A DNA stretch of 64,000 nucleotides, counting the filler, from Basidiobolus ranarum (Eukaryota): the NCBI GenBank assembly GCA_040143965.1. It is 9 parts of 9 records of this genome, joined end to end, with 100 filler letters (N's around TTAATTAATTAA, not from the genome) between each part and the next. Parts side by side here need not be neighbours in the genome. Positions count along the whole stretch, not along the records: positions 21,568 to 28,641 come from JASJQH010008059.1; positions 28,742 to 35,805 come from JASJQH010008060.1; positions 35,906 to 42,963 come from JASJQH010008061.1; 6 more parts are not named here. One strand, given 5' to 3'. The notes under the pieces were generated by a model. That model saw only the letters and a program-made list of their open reading frames with translations. It was not told the DNA's origin and did not search any database. This document shows, piece by piece, positions 26,546 through 38,765 of this stretch. A program made the translations under genes and the position numbers. Position 1 is the stretch's first letter. Each line of letters begins with the position of its first letter.

Positions 26546-27463
26546 TGTAGTTTCCTGCAACCACTGCTCAAGCTTTGCTATTATAGCACTAAGGGGTTGT
26601 ATTGATTGGATACAAGGCTGCATAGTGAAGCTTGCTGGTATCTTGAGCTCTGCTGTGTCTAAAGGCTTCTTCCAGCTGAAAGATCCAAACCCAAGATTTT
26701 CATTGACTTTACCATGGTACTGGTGGACCTTGATACTCATTGTACTTCTTGACATAGTTGGTTTTGATAGGTTCTGGTTAGCATTAGCAATTCTTTGTTG
26801 TTCCTGGCTCAAGAGCTGCAGACAATGGGGCTGCTGTGTAATGGTCTATTCTAGAGCATATTTCCATTCAGATGTCTCAGACATGGCAACAATTCTTCTT
26901 CAGGGCAGAGGATAGGTTTTTGCTGCTACTAATGTTATAGTTCTTAATGAGGTAGGAATTACAGAGGGGTTAAGTAAGCTAGTATTGTATTAACTAAACC
27001 AGGAATGAAGTTTATTGAGAGGGATACTCCTGTATTTATGCTTAAGCTCATAAATCAGATGAAAAATGACTCACCCACTGATTGCTAAACCAATTATAAT
27101 ATCAGGATCTAGCTACATCATACTGGGATGGCATAGTTTTTGGCCAAGACATTCTGACGCAGCATAGCAATTGGCTGATATATGTTTAGTGACACATTTA
27201 AGATGAGCATTTAACCTAATATAAGGAGAGGGATGTGATTATGTGACCTTTCATTGGTTATGATCTTAAGACTATCATGTGATCTACCATGACTAACTAC
27301 TGGAACATCTTATGACTGCTGACTATTACTGTTTGATATCTAGATAATTAAGCACTGATGGTACTGATAATACTGATGTGGCAACAATATTGATATACTG
27401 AAAGTACTAATATACTGATATTACTAAATGTGACATAACTGCTATGATTAGGGAATCATAACA
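26546..27463 (-). mobile_element. 5' end of a Ty3/gypsy-like element: LTR (26933-27463), PBS and gag start
   Basis: A 531-bp segment bounded by TGTTAT...ATAACA is followed on the minus strand by TAGTAGCAGC (PBS-like). A frameshifted gag-like 'KVHQYHGKVNENL..WIFQLEEAF' follows. Confidence 0.7.
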
Positions 27464-27681
27464 CCTTTACAGCCTGAATTATTTTGTTAACTATTATAAA
27501 AATTTTGAAAATTGAATACAAGTATACCAAATACATGCATCTAATGGCCAAAATGCTTTTGCCAGAAGCAGGGGGAAGTCAGAATAAGATCTTTTGAAGG
27601 CACAAACTGTGGTTGAAAATTTGCTAGAAAAATATGTTTTCTTATAACACACATAACTCCTTGTTATTGGACTAGTTCCTA

Positions 27682-27853
27682 GTGATAGTGCCTGATAATG
27701 CTATGTATATTGCATTGGATAAAGTATTCTAAATTTTTCATGGCTCAATTTGGCACTATCCAGTACTCTCATGCATGATCAACTTCAATGTCAAATATTG
27801 TAATATATTGAGCCAAGGTCCAATTAATCCTAGCACAATGGAACAAGTACATT
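27682..27853. repeat. dispersed repeat, copy 2
   Basis: Colinear with 16388-16552. Confidence 0.7.
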
Positions 27854-27961
27854 TGTTCTTTGTTGACAGATAACTTATTTTTTCCTTCCAAAGGTTAACT
27901 AAGGTATTTGCATTTGTATCTCTTATTTACTTTGATATATTGATGTAGTATTCTTCCAACC

Positions 27962-28095
27962 TGTTGACAGTGAAATTTCCTAAACTCCTAAATAATAATA
28001 TAAAACTAAGTATTTAGTGGTCTTATATTTCACCAACATATTATGTATTGTTCTCAATTGGAATCTACTTACAGTATTTTCACTAACTTAGGAAG
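27962..28095. mobile_element. diverged inverted fragment of LTR family A
   Basis: Weak reverse-complement match to the right part of 9416-9763. Confidence 0.5.
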
Positions 28096-28641
28096 CATAT
28101 AATTGATGATTGTTATCATAAGAAAACCTTCACAACTTTAATCTGATTTGGATTGACTGTTTACTTACCTTCACAAAAGGATCAAGTTAAATATGATTTT
28201 AATCAATTTCTTCTGCTTCAGGCAAAAAGTTTCAAGATTTTGCAAAATAGTTGCACTTTGTTGCCTACAATCTCAGAAAACTATGGATTAACTCCTGTGC
28301 CAAAAAATTCAACTCATATTTTATACATTTACCACATCAATGCTGATTTATCACCCTTGATGTTCCTAATTTCATCAATACATTCTTGTGAATATTTTTG
28401 CAGAGTTCTTCATACCCAAGGTTTAGCTTATATCCAACCCAAGTTTGTATCAATATCTCCATCAAAGCTCACTATTGTATTAATGATGCTGAATCAACAT
28501 TCTTCCAGCTATCAGGCAGATACCCTGCATTATTGTGCCACTCTGTATTAAGTTCTTCCCAGATATCTGCATGGTCAACATCAGACTGAATGTCAAGTTG
28601 AATGTTCTTCTTCTGAAGCCACTTTCTGCATACTTGCACTG

Positions 28642-28741
28642 NNNNNNNNNNNNNNNNNNNNNNNNNNNNNNNNNNNNNNNNNNNNTTAATTAATTAANNN
28701 NNNNNNNNNNNNNNNNNNNNNNNNNNNNNNNNNNNNNNNNN
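28642..28741. other. artificial contig spacer
   Basis: Same 100-bp linker. Confidence 0.99.
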
Positions 28742-29486
28742 AAGCGGCAATTGGGCAATTAACCGAGTACCTTGGTCTTTAGGAGTTTCCAGCATATAGC
28801 CTTATGCTCACCAGGACCTTACGACCCTGGGGGCCCTACACTTGAGCTATTACATGCATTACCGCTAAAGCAGCTAATACAAAAGGTAATATAATATCTC
28901 TGATCATCTCATCTTTTAAGAACTATGCCGCCGAAAAGCTGCCGAAGGGTTTCGGTTGCCACTCGAATCAGTGATTAGCCTTTGAAATTGACTCTGATTC
29001 GTGCTCATGTGATCCTGATCCAACCTTAATCCCTCTTTTAGGAATATGAGTCTGACCATGGACATAAAATATCGCATCTAATTATCAACTATAACATGAG
29101 TAACATCAAACCAACTTAAAATCTTTCTACCTGCCTTCAGGAAACTTACTCTTCGGTCTACGAAGTTACTTTAGATATCGAGTCTTCTCCTTCGGTTTCA
29201 GCCAAGAACAATCACTTTTACTAGGTGTTTTCCGTTCTCTGAAGCTATTGCTTTAGCTCGTGACTTAATTGTAATTTTATGGTATGTTCTCCAAGAGTTT
29301 CTCCCACAATGTTTTTCTACCAATTCATACTTATACTTCCCTTATGGTTATTGAATTTCATTCGTTCTGTTCCATAGAATCACTGATTGCTACGTTCTGA
29401 ACTGGACAAATACTGTGTACTCTAGTCAATCCTTTCTTTCTTTGATATCGGTCGAATATTTATTTATATCCTGTCCCATCTCATAT

Positions 29487-31364
29487 ATGGCCGATCAACA
29501 ACCTTTTCCGTTTGCTTTCGAAGACCCATTGTTCTCGAAGGGTTCCAGTATGGCTGTGGACGATCTTCCCTTAATTGGTTCGCAAATACATCAAGATGCG
29601 TCTAGCGCTAGTCACAGCGCTAGCGAAGGACATGGCGCACAGAGACGCACCGATTCTCAGGTTTCCTTCCTTAACAAGGCTGAAGTGCTAGCCTCTGAGA
29701 ATACCCATTCCCCCAGAACGATAGATTCCTTCTCAGCAAATACGTCTGCAAGCCAAACACAAGAGACCCAAGCAACTTCAGATCCTTGGGGTATTTTGCA
29801 GTCTATTAATCCTGATTACGCTACCGTTTATTTAAGTAAAACTGATGGCAGAGGATACTTGTTGGGAAGACACAAAGAGTGCGACATTATATTTAATCAT
29901 CCACAAATCAGTAATAGACATTGCTTGATCTTCAAAGAAAACAGGGTCGACACCCAGACCGGACCAGTGGATTGTATTTTTATTGAGGATTTAAGTACCA
30001 ATGGGACTTACGTCAATGGCAAGAAAATTGGGCGTAATCAACGAAGACAGATACATCCGGGTGATTCCATTCAATTGGCACGCTATAATTCCAAGCTGCA
30101 TGAAAAGTTCAACGATAATTTTTACATCTTCAAGCAAGTCACACATGAAACAAATGAATTAGGGCTAACCATCAACAAGAAATATCTGATTGGTAACACA
30201 CTGGGACGAGGCAATTTTGCCGAGGTTAAATTGGCTACAGACAGAACGACAGGCAAACGATATGCGGTGAAGATAATTAACAAGCGGAGGTTTCTCAACA
30301 AGCCTAAGCTTACCGAATCCTTGCAGCGCGAGATCGCCATTCTAATGGCAATCAAGCACCCATGTATTATATCTACACACGGAGTCTATGACGAGGAGGA
30401 TTTTCTCTATATTGTCTTGGAGTTGGTGGATGGAGGAGAGCTGTTCGATCTTATTGTTAAAAAACGGCGGTTCACTGAGCCAGAGGCCAGAGTTGTCTTT
30501 TATCAACTTTTCCAAGCCATCAAGTATTTGCACGACCGTGGAATTACCCATCGTGACATGAAGCCTGAAAATATCCTTCTGGATCCTCGGGACCCGTTGC
30601 GCGTAAAGATATCTGACTTTGGTTTGGCCAAGATTGTTGGTGAAGATTCGTTTATTAAAACTTTATGCGGAACTCCAAACTATGTGGCTCCTGAGGTATT
30701 GCAACCTCCACAGTACCGGCAGTACTCGAAGAAAGTCGATCTATGGAGCCTGGGTGTGATATTGTATATCTGTTTGTGCGGATTCCCTCCCTTCTCTGGT
30801 AAGGTTACTGTAGCGGAATAGCCCATGATTATGATCTAACTCCACCTTGATGACAGATGAACTTGGCCCACCAAACATGCAGGCTCAGATCAGAGAGGGA
30901 ATCTATAATTTCCCTTCGCCATACTGGGATGATATATCTCCTGAAGGTTAGGACATCGCCATCCTCTGAATTTTATCTCGCATACTAAACACCATTAAAG
31001 CTATCAGTTTAGTTGAGAAGCTCTTACAAGTGAATCCGGAGAAGCGGCTGACTGTAGACGAAGCCTTGGAGCACCCATGGATGAAGGTAATCAAATAGTT
31101 TGATCTGCCTGCCTTTCAGTAACGTTGTTAATCTTCTATCTTCTCTCTTTTCATTTTAAGATGGAGAATCAGATGCATGAGGTTACGTCAACTGCTCCTT
31201 TCTTCCATTCCCTGAAGCAAGAATTCAACCGAGTTCACACAACGCTATCTCCTGAGAAAGTTCTAAACGAGCTACAGTCCGATGGTAACACTGCCGCGGT
31301 TCTCAAGCGCGAACCTGCAACACATCGTGCAGACTCACCTTCCAAACGCCCGAGAACTTCATAA
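29487..31364 (+). CDS. CHK2: checkpoint kinase Chk2/Cds1 (SQ/TQ cluster, FHA, Ser/Thr kinase); exons 29487-30798, 30857-30946, 31001-31086, 31161-31364
   Basis: 'SQTQETQ'; FHA motifs 'GRH', 'ISNRHC', 'DLSTNGTYVN'; kinase motifs 'LGRGNFAEV', 'AVKII', 'HRDMKPEN', 'DFG', 'TLCGTPNYVAPE', 'LCGFPPFSDE'. Three GT-AG introns. Confidence 0.93.
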
Positions 31365-31985
31365 GGCTGTTTCGTTCCCTATTTTGCCCGTGAGCTTGAG
31401 GACAGTCAGTTTATTTTTATGACAAGTAGGCACTAACAGTGTAATCCTTGGTTCGAACATTTTCCAAAAGCATTCCACGGGTAAATATTGTTAGCCTTTT
31501 ATTTTTCAGATTTGCATCCTTTACCCTGGAGCCTTTCATTCCATCACACCACCAACGTTAACTTGGATTTACATGCGAGAGCTCTCACGTTTATGAAATC
31601 ATTTTTATTGCTAATGAGCGATTCTATCGTTTTTGCAAAGAAATTCTCAATTTGTGGAGCTCCATTGTTAGTATGCACGAATATATATGGAATTATATTA
31701 AACGCATGTTATGCCAAATTTAAGTTTGTAAAAATCGTTTTATTAGTGGTTAGCGTACAATAGAGTGCGAGAAAGTGTAGATTGAAGCTAGTGATAGCAA
31801 TTCTCAACAGGTGTCCATAGATATGCCACCGGACACAGTAGTTTCAAGCAAAGGAAAATTGGGGATTCTTGAATTGAATGAATGAAGAGCAGTTAAACGT
31901 ATAGTATAGCCTTTTAAAAATTGATTCCAACAAACCTACTCAATAGTCACATTCATTAGCATTGTGATATATAGGTTCTACTTAT

Positions 31986-34601
31986 TTAGGCTTTGGAAAC
32001 GGTAGTAATTGATATCTCGATTTGCCGTCTTAACGTGTTAATTTCTGCAGATCCTGGCCATGCATTAGGCTTCGGCTTTCTGGCCTTAATGTAAATAAAT
32101 GATATGAGCTTCCTGAGCCCTGTATCTTCATAAATAACAAGAAACCCACTTGACACGCATTGTAACTTTGCACCGGATTCTCCAAAATTTTTTGGACGTA
32201 ACTGAGAAGGTAAACTCCACAATCGACGGAATTCACCTGTTTCGGGGTCTAAAACTAGTTAAATAATAAAGAATAGAAAAGACCGTGCAATGAAGTCTCT
32301 TTACCATAACCTTTTTTTTGTAAACTTTGTTAGTGGCTTCACAAGAGTACTTCAAGTTGGCTTCGGTTTTCAAGTACGCCTCGAGCTGATGATGGATTTT
32401 CATATGGTTTTTCTTGGCCATGGAGTCAAAGATGAAGATCCAGGGAATTCTACATAGAAGCAGTGAATTTGTAAGTTTTCCCAAATTTAATTATTGGGAG
32501 ATAAACACTAACGACTCGAAGCAGGTCTTGTCCACTTCCCCACTTTCCTTGCTTACTTTGCTGTGTTTCACAAATAGAAAACTGGGATTGTATATCAAGG
32601 CTAAAACCCAGTGCAATCTATTGGAACGAGTTAAGGGAAGTGTTCCAAGCTGGTAGGTGTTGCATACTAACCCCTTATTGATCGGTATGAAGATAAACTG
32701 CTTTTCGAAAATATTGATGTCTGTATTCCACCGTTTGATCTTTGACTTGGCATTTTTACTGATGAGTGGTTAATATTGAGGGGATTTCAGTTGGACAGGG
32801 CCCCTCTGATGTTTACCTATTTTCTGTATCAATCGCAAGGCTATAAAAAAACGGACTAAAGATGTGGACTTTACTAGCCAGTAATGGATCTTTTTCGACA
32901 GTCTTGGCGTAGATATATCTTTGGGTAAAGTCATCAGCACTCCCCCAATTCGCTACAAATGCATATTGTAATGTAGCAGCATTCTACCTCAAAAAGAATT
33001 CAATCACGTTGTCGTTTAACATTTCGTTTCTTTTCACGCGATTGAGGTCCCCCATGGTCACGGTAACTCCACCGATTTCATTGAAAGGATAGTTAAACAA
33101 TCTGGAAGTTGGAAAGGATGTCAGTTGATTCCCATAGATTGAGTAGTGCGTATCGCAATACATAGTGCTATCTGATATATCCAAATTGGCAGTGTCGTTT
33201 CTAGCGGAGTCTGATCGGTTAGATTTATCTACCACATCCCTTGCCAGTTCAGGTTAGATTTTTAACTGAAAACTAGGAAATGATGTTGAAGTGTCTACCT
33301 TGGTGAGCTTTCCATTTCAGGAATCTTGAATGTAATGATTTTCTTGGGCTCCTTCAGATATCTATGAAATTTGTTCAAGTTGGCATTCAGAACATGTGGG
33401 CTGTGGACAGTGAAACGTATGTCTGATTACCGCCTGAAGGGTCTTACTTCGTGAACGAGGTAGATAGTACTGGAATTCATGTTGGCTAGGTGCAAGTCAT
33501 CAAAGCTGCAGTATACCATGAATCATAAGAAGCCGGACATACAACGTAACAAGTTAAACTAGAGCAATTCACCGTGTAACTTCAACTTTAAGTGACATGC
33601 ACCAGTGAATGAAGATGGTCATTCTCGGGCGTAAATGACGATCATAAAGACATTCTATCTGAAGTATAGCTGGTTTCGCTTTGTACTCTGGGTAGGCGGC
33701 AGATGCTTTGAAAACTATCAGCGATTCATTAGGCTGTGCCGTCTTCTAGAAGAATTGTTCAGTTGTCCAGTTCACTCAAAATTAGAAACATCTATAGATC
33801 AACCGAAGTGTAGATTTGGATTTCCTTTAATGAACTGTAGCCTCGCTCTTTATCAAGCGTTTCCCCTACACGTACTTTGATGTCGTAATTTGGCACCATA
33901 AAGGTAATCTCCTTCATGGCTATATTCCACTGGATATCCAGTGATTTCATCGATTTCAAGTCGGAGATTTTTCGCAATAATGGATTACTAGACTCCTAAG
34001 AGAAACAAAGGTCAGACAGTGGATGCTACTAAATTCTGGATGGGAGCCGCCAATGCCTGGTTATCTGAGGAGGGTAAGTTCGTTGCAGGTTCACCTATAG
34101 TTTCTGTTTATGCAAAGCTTTAGATCTCACGAGTGGAAGAACCTCCATTATTCTTTAACGACATACTTCGCTTCTGCGGTGTCTGTGGGACCTTTTCTGG
34201 TAAATGTTCGGTACTACTCGGGGGTACGTGTAGCAGTGACTTCTTTTGCCCTTTTCCTTTCCCTAATGTAAAAACTGGATACACATATGATTAAGCATCT
34301 TCGCTTGATGACCAGGAAAGCCTGTTCCTTTCGGAAGTTCCGAATTATCTTATCACCTAAATCACCCGAACAATCCGAATTACAGTATGGTGAGATGTAG
34401 AGGCTAGAGGATGCTCGCATCGCATCAATAAGAGCGGAGTTCTAATCCATGAAAGAAGCTTATCAGAATCAATCCAAAGCGATAGTCACTATGTTACCCA
34501 CAGACGAAATGATCATTTCAGTTATTTCTTCAAAGTCTGCTGAAACCTCACAAAAGATACTTTTATACAATGATCAAAAAACAAATCATGCACCTAGTCA
34601 T
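31986..34601 (-). CDS. ULP2: Ulp2/SENP6-7-like SUMO protease (peptidase C48), multi-exon; 5' end uncertain
   Basis: 'VTVTMGDL...MLNDNVIEFFL', 'NIFEKQFIFIPIN', catalytic 'HW', 'IFIFDSM' and 'PKQVNSVDCGVYLL'. Long low-similarity N-terminal region. Confidence 0.8.
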
Positions 34602-35805
34602 GGTTGAAGGCGCCGTAATTGTAACAGGTAATACGAGTTGTGTTATCTAAGCATAAATCTATGTCGCATCAAAAATACTTCGGGATATCTTATAGTACAA
34701 CGTCGAAGCTAAATCGACATTCAAATACTATGATGTGTCGGGTGTTAGGAACACTCGTTCAAGACTGAGCAACTGATTTACACGTGACAAACAAACTGCT
34801 CATTACAGATCCTAATAAAGATGATTAATCAAAAGACCAGTAGTATTTCAATTGAACCACATAAAGAACTGGGATTAGTTGAATTACAATTTATACCATT
34901 GCCATGTCAAAAACAGCCTTGATAGAGAGAAAAGTTACCACTTGCCCCTATTGAGGGACTCAGTAACCGGCTCTTCGTTATGCTTCATATTGACCAAGAT
35001 ATTGGACAGGTATTTAAACTCATATGAGCCAGAATCAATAACTTGCGGGATTATAAACTTCAAAACGCTAAGCCACTTCAAAATGGAGTTTGAATATATC
35101 TATTCATTAGAGGATATTTCCCTCAATAGATTGAACAACTACAAGTGCAGTAGATGATAATATTACCAATAGAATACTATGTCACAGTGATATAGCATAG
35201 CTACCCATAAAAAGTTATGTACCAGCTTGTGGAGTTACCAGGAGATATTTGCAGCCTCCTGCACTGCACCACATCCAGTTTCAACAGCCAGGTTGCAACA
35301 TATACATTACTAGTAGACTATTCTAGCTTGCAACTAGTACTATTGAGACTAAAGCATCCTGGTGGTACATGAATGGCTTTTACTATGTCTGATAATGACG
35401 TGCATAGCTGGAGGCTTTACATATCATCTTAATATCTGGTTCTAACAAAACATTAGGCAGAAATGCATGGGTGCCTCACTATCCCACCTCTATTCAGCAT
35501 CAATATATTACATTAAGCTCTATCTGCTTGTGCTCTTACGGTAGTCAACAGTAGTATACATACATTTAATTTCCAACTAGCTGCCGACTTCCGATGTATT
35601 TGTGGTAATGTAAACAAGTCCAAGTTATGTCAGAAAGTACTTGCTTTTTGTAATTCATCTTTCTAAATCAACCATTTGAAGAGGACAATATAAACCTAAC
35701 TGCAAAAGCCCGGTCTCAGTATTGATTAATAACTCAGATTCCACAGGAAGCCATTAATAGCTAGGTCACAACTGCCTCTCAATTTGGAACCATTAAAATG
35801 AAAAA

Positions 35806-35905
35806 NNNNNNNNNNNNNNNNNNNNNNNNNNNNNNNNNNNNNNNNNNNNTTAATTAATTAANNNNNNNNNNNNNNNNNNNNNNNNNNNNNNNNNNNNNNN
35901 NNNNN
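35806..35905. other. artificial contig spacer
   Basis: Same 100-bp linker. Confidence 0.99.
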
Positions 35906-36190
35906 TTCTTCACGGAAAGAGAGTGGTGTATCCATGGGCCTTGGAGCCATATTGGTTACGGAGAATCTACGACTCCCAAATTCTTTTGCGGCCGCGCAAG
36001 TGAAATCCTTCATCGGGGCCTTGGAGCCAGCATAGATGGAATAAAACCCTGTGAATGCCGCAAGCATGACGGTGAAGATGGTACTGATTTTTTCACTCTT
36101 ATTGAGTCGTTTACCTGCTTCTTGAATGAAGGAGTAGGCAGACTTAGAGATAATGTATATCATAACATCATCTTCTTCACTTTCCTCCAC
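35906..36190 (-). pseudogene. short-chain dehydrogenase/reductase fragment (PRK12744-like); N-terminal Rossmann half absent
   Basis: 'SKSAYSFIQEAGKRLN', YxxxK motif 'YAGSKAPMKDFTCAAAKEFGSR', 'APRPMDTP'. No TGxxxGxG segment upstream, where the DNA is AT-rich and non-coding up to the peroxiredoxin stop. Confidence 0.75.
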
Positions 36191-36429
36191 GCTGTCTCAA
36201 AATAATTATTGAACATTCCATACTTGGATTAAACATGACACACAGTTCCATTGCAATCAAGCATTACCATAATTTATTATCTGCTTACTACTTCGATAAC
36301 ATACAACTTACAATATGAATTCCATAAAAAAAGTTAAATAGACCCAAAGAGCTGAGTGAAAGATGCTGTTAGCATCAGTTTAATGACATTTATTAATGTA
36401 ATGTATACACAATATATATGCAAATCGAT

Positions 36430-36930
36430 CTAGACACCTAACTCTTCAATATCTTTGAGCATATGATTGGGACCAGAGATTCTGTAGCTTGATGGTCCAG
36501 GCTCTTCAATGTTGATAACTTTGACATCATCGACATACATACTGTATCGCAAGGATCTCACTCCTAACCCAGGCATTACCTGAGTCAATCCAATCTTTTC
36601 GTGGAATGAGCAGTCACCATTAGATATAACCTCAACTTTATCCATGATATCATAGTTTTGTGACCAAGCGTGCATTACAAATGGATCATTTACAGCGGTA
36701 CAGTAGATGGCATCGATACTTTTATCTTTGAATGAATTGTAGTAAAGCCCATATTCAGGAAGGTTTTTGTTGCTACATCCGGTGGTGAAGGCTCCTGGAA
36801 GATCAAAAAGAACAACTTTCTTGCCCGCGAACAAATCTTTAACGGAGAGAGTGCGCATTTCGGAGCCCTCTTCAGGGAGAGAGGTAAGATGCTCACTGTA
36901 TGGAATCTGACCACCTTTTTTGATAGTCAT
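36430..36930 (-). CDS. Prx5/AHP1-type peroxiredoxin, intronless, possibly decaying
   Basis: 'LFAGKKVVLF-LPGAFTTGCS' (PxxxTxxC intact), 'AVNDPFVMHAW', 'GLGVRSLRYSMYVDD'. Several usually conserved residues are altered. Confidence 0.88.
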   Translation of the reverse strand: MTIKKGGQIPYSEHLTSLPEEGSEMRTLSVKDLFAGKKVVLFDLPGAFTTGCSNKNLPEYGLYYNSFKDKSIDAIYCTAVNDPFVMHAWSQNYDIMDKVEVISNGDCSFHEKIGLTQVMPGLGVRSLRYSMYVDDVKVINIEEPGPSSYRISGPNHMLKDIEELGV

Positions 36931-38321
36931 GTTGAATACGGTTTCATTAGCGCTACGTGCCCTAATATTTCGAACATAATGATATCTTTAGTTATCTCAT
37001 TACAACATTAATAATGTTACAGTAGTCAATTGATTAATAGCCACATAACCCAGATCGTATTGCTTTCAAATTGTCACAGATGAATTACTAAATATACATC
37101 TTCACCTACATAATGCTCCCATGTATGTTGCTAAAATTGTTGTCCTAAAGTTTAGTCACCATGTGTTTCTGGAGATGTGGGCATTTGAATATCTATATTC
37201 TTGATTACGAGCTCCCTAGAAAAGCTATAGTTGTGAAGCTTGGTAAAAATTGGGGATTGATTTTGAGATATATGTGTAAAGAATATGAAAGTGATTGGGG
37301 CATTATCTTTTCTCCAAAAATGTCATCGCTTTTTGTTCGATAATCTAATTTCATAACATTTATACCAATCGAGTATCACCCATATCAAGAGGCCTTGAGT
37401 ATCTCTAAATCCCCCATAACTTTTGGAGCTCATTTCGAACTGTTGTAACTTTGTACAGCTTTGCTAATAGTGATGTTATACACAAAGTTGATAAAGCCAC
37501 TGGTTTAAATGTATGAATTAACGTGGTTTGTGCATAGATGGAAAGAAAGCATACTATTCATAGCTTATGTATTATCTCTGGCTAAGCATCTCACACTATC
37601 TAGATGGAACCAAAGTATTTCTTAATGGGAATCTGATGATACCTTAAGTTAATAACTATTACTGACAATCCCACTTGAAATAATACTAAATGGCATTGAT
37701 ATGAGCTTAAATACCGCTATAGCCCAACTTTCAAGAGGATGTTAGTGAAGGAACATTGTTAGTATAAACTGACTAGAGAAAGCACTAACCCTAAAGACCA
37801 AGGAAAGGTAGAAGTTAGATATACTGGCAGTGTGGTTTGGAGTCACTGATATTTTTGTTCAAAAAATTGCATCATACTGTATTTGGATATTGTATCATTC
37901 TTAGCATGTCAGAATAAAAAAATATTGATGGCCAATTCTGACTAGAGAAGAATTAAGAGCACAAGCACTAAAGCATCATCAACATAGACTCGACTATTTC
38001 TACATCATTTCCTGTTCTCTAGCAACCAAACTATGAGGTTATGGTACTTTAACTTAAATATCACTAACGACTTCTATTTAGTACAAAATTTAGCTCAAAT
38101 CGAGTAATTAAAAAATTTCTGCGGTGTTTCCAAAATATTCACGATTACAATCTCTGACATAAGTTATCATGATACCTGTATTCTTGTTCAACTCGTAAGT
38201 TCTCTATTTTGATGATCTATATATATCAATCACAATTATATTGAAATTGAGTCAAGTGTATATTTAGCAAAGTACAGGTTGAAAATCTGACAGAATATAT
38301 AGTAGAGTACAAGGAATAGTA

Positions 38322-38385
38322 GCTCTATGGTTCCAAAATCTTGTCAAAGTTGAAGAGGATGCAGGTTTAATTCCTGGCCAGAGCA
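38322..38385 (+). pseudogene. possible decayed tRNA-derived sequence
   Basis: GCTCT...AGAGC-A acceptor-like ends and a T-arm CAGG-TTTAATT-CCTG. Only 64 nt, with no recognisable D arm. Confidence 0.25.
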
Positions 38386-38765
38386 ATATTTATCCTTGCT
38401 CCCAACATTACCTAAGAAAATACACCAAAAATTAGGTTAATTCTATGGTACATTCTAAGCAAGCAAATCAACCTTGAACTCCATCATAATAACTAAATCT
38501 AAACTACATTGACAAAATTCTTAGCACAACTCAAAGTGATCAATCAAAATCGCTGTTGATAAAACTGAGTAACTAGTAGGTATCAGTGCTTCCTTGGGTA
38601 AGTTCTTGAATATGCTACCTCTGAGTATAGGGGCAGTCTATGTATCAAGTACCAAAATTTCTATAGCAAAATACAATTCTAGTTATTTATTTTCTGTCAG
38701 TTTAAATGTTTCGGCATTCACTCCAAGTAACTTGTACTAAGGATCACCACGCAATCCTGTAGCCT

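Noticed and set aside
26397-26915. 172-aa plus-strand ORF
   Set aside because: Antisense to the copia/gypsy remnants and spans their junction.
27290-27430. Short (T)ACTGA(T)-rich quasi-repeats, CRISPR-like at a glance
   Set aside because: Irregular low-complexity sequence inside the gypsy LTR, with no constant repeat-spacer structure.
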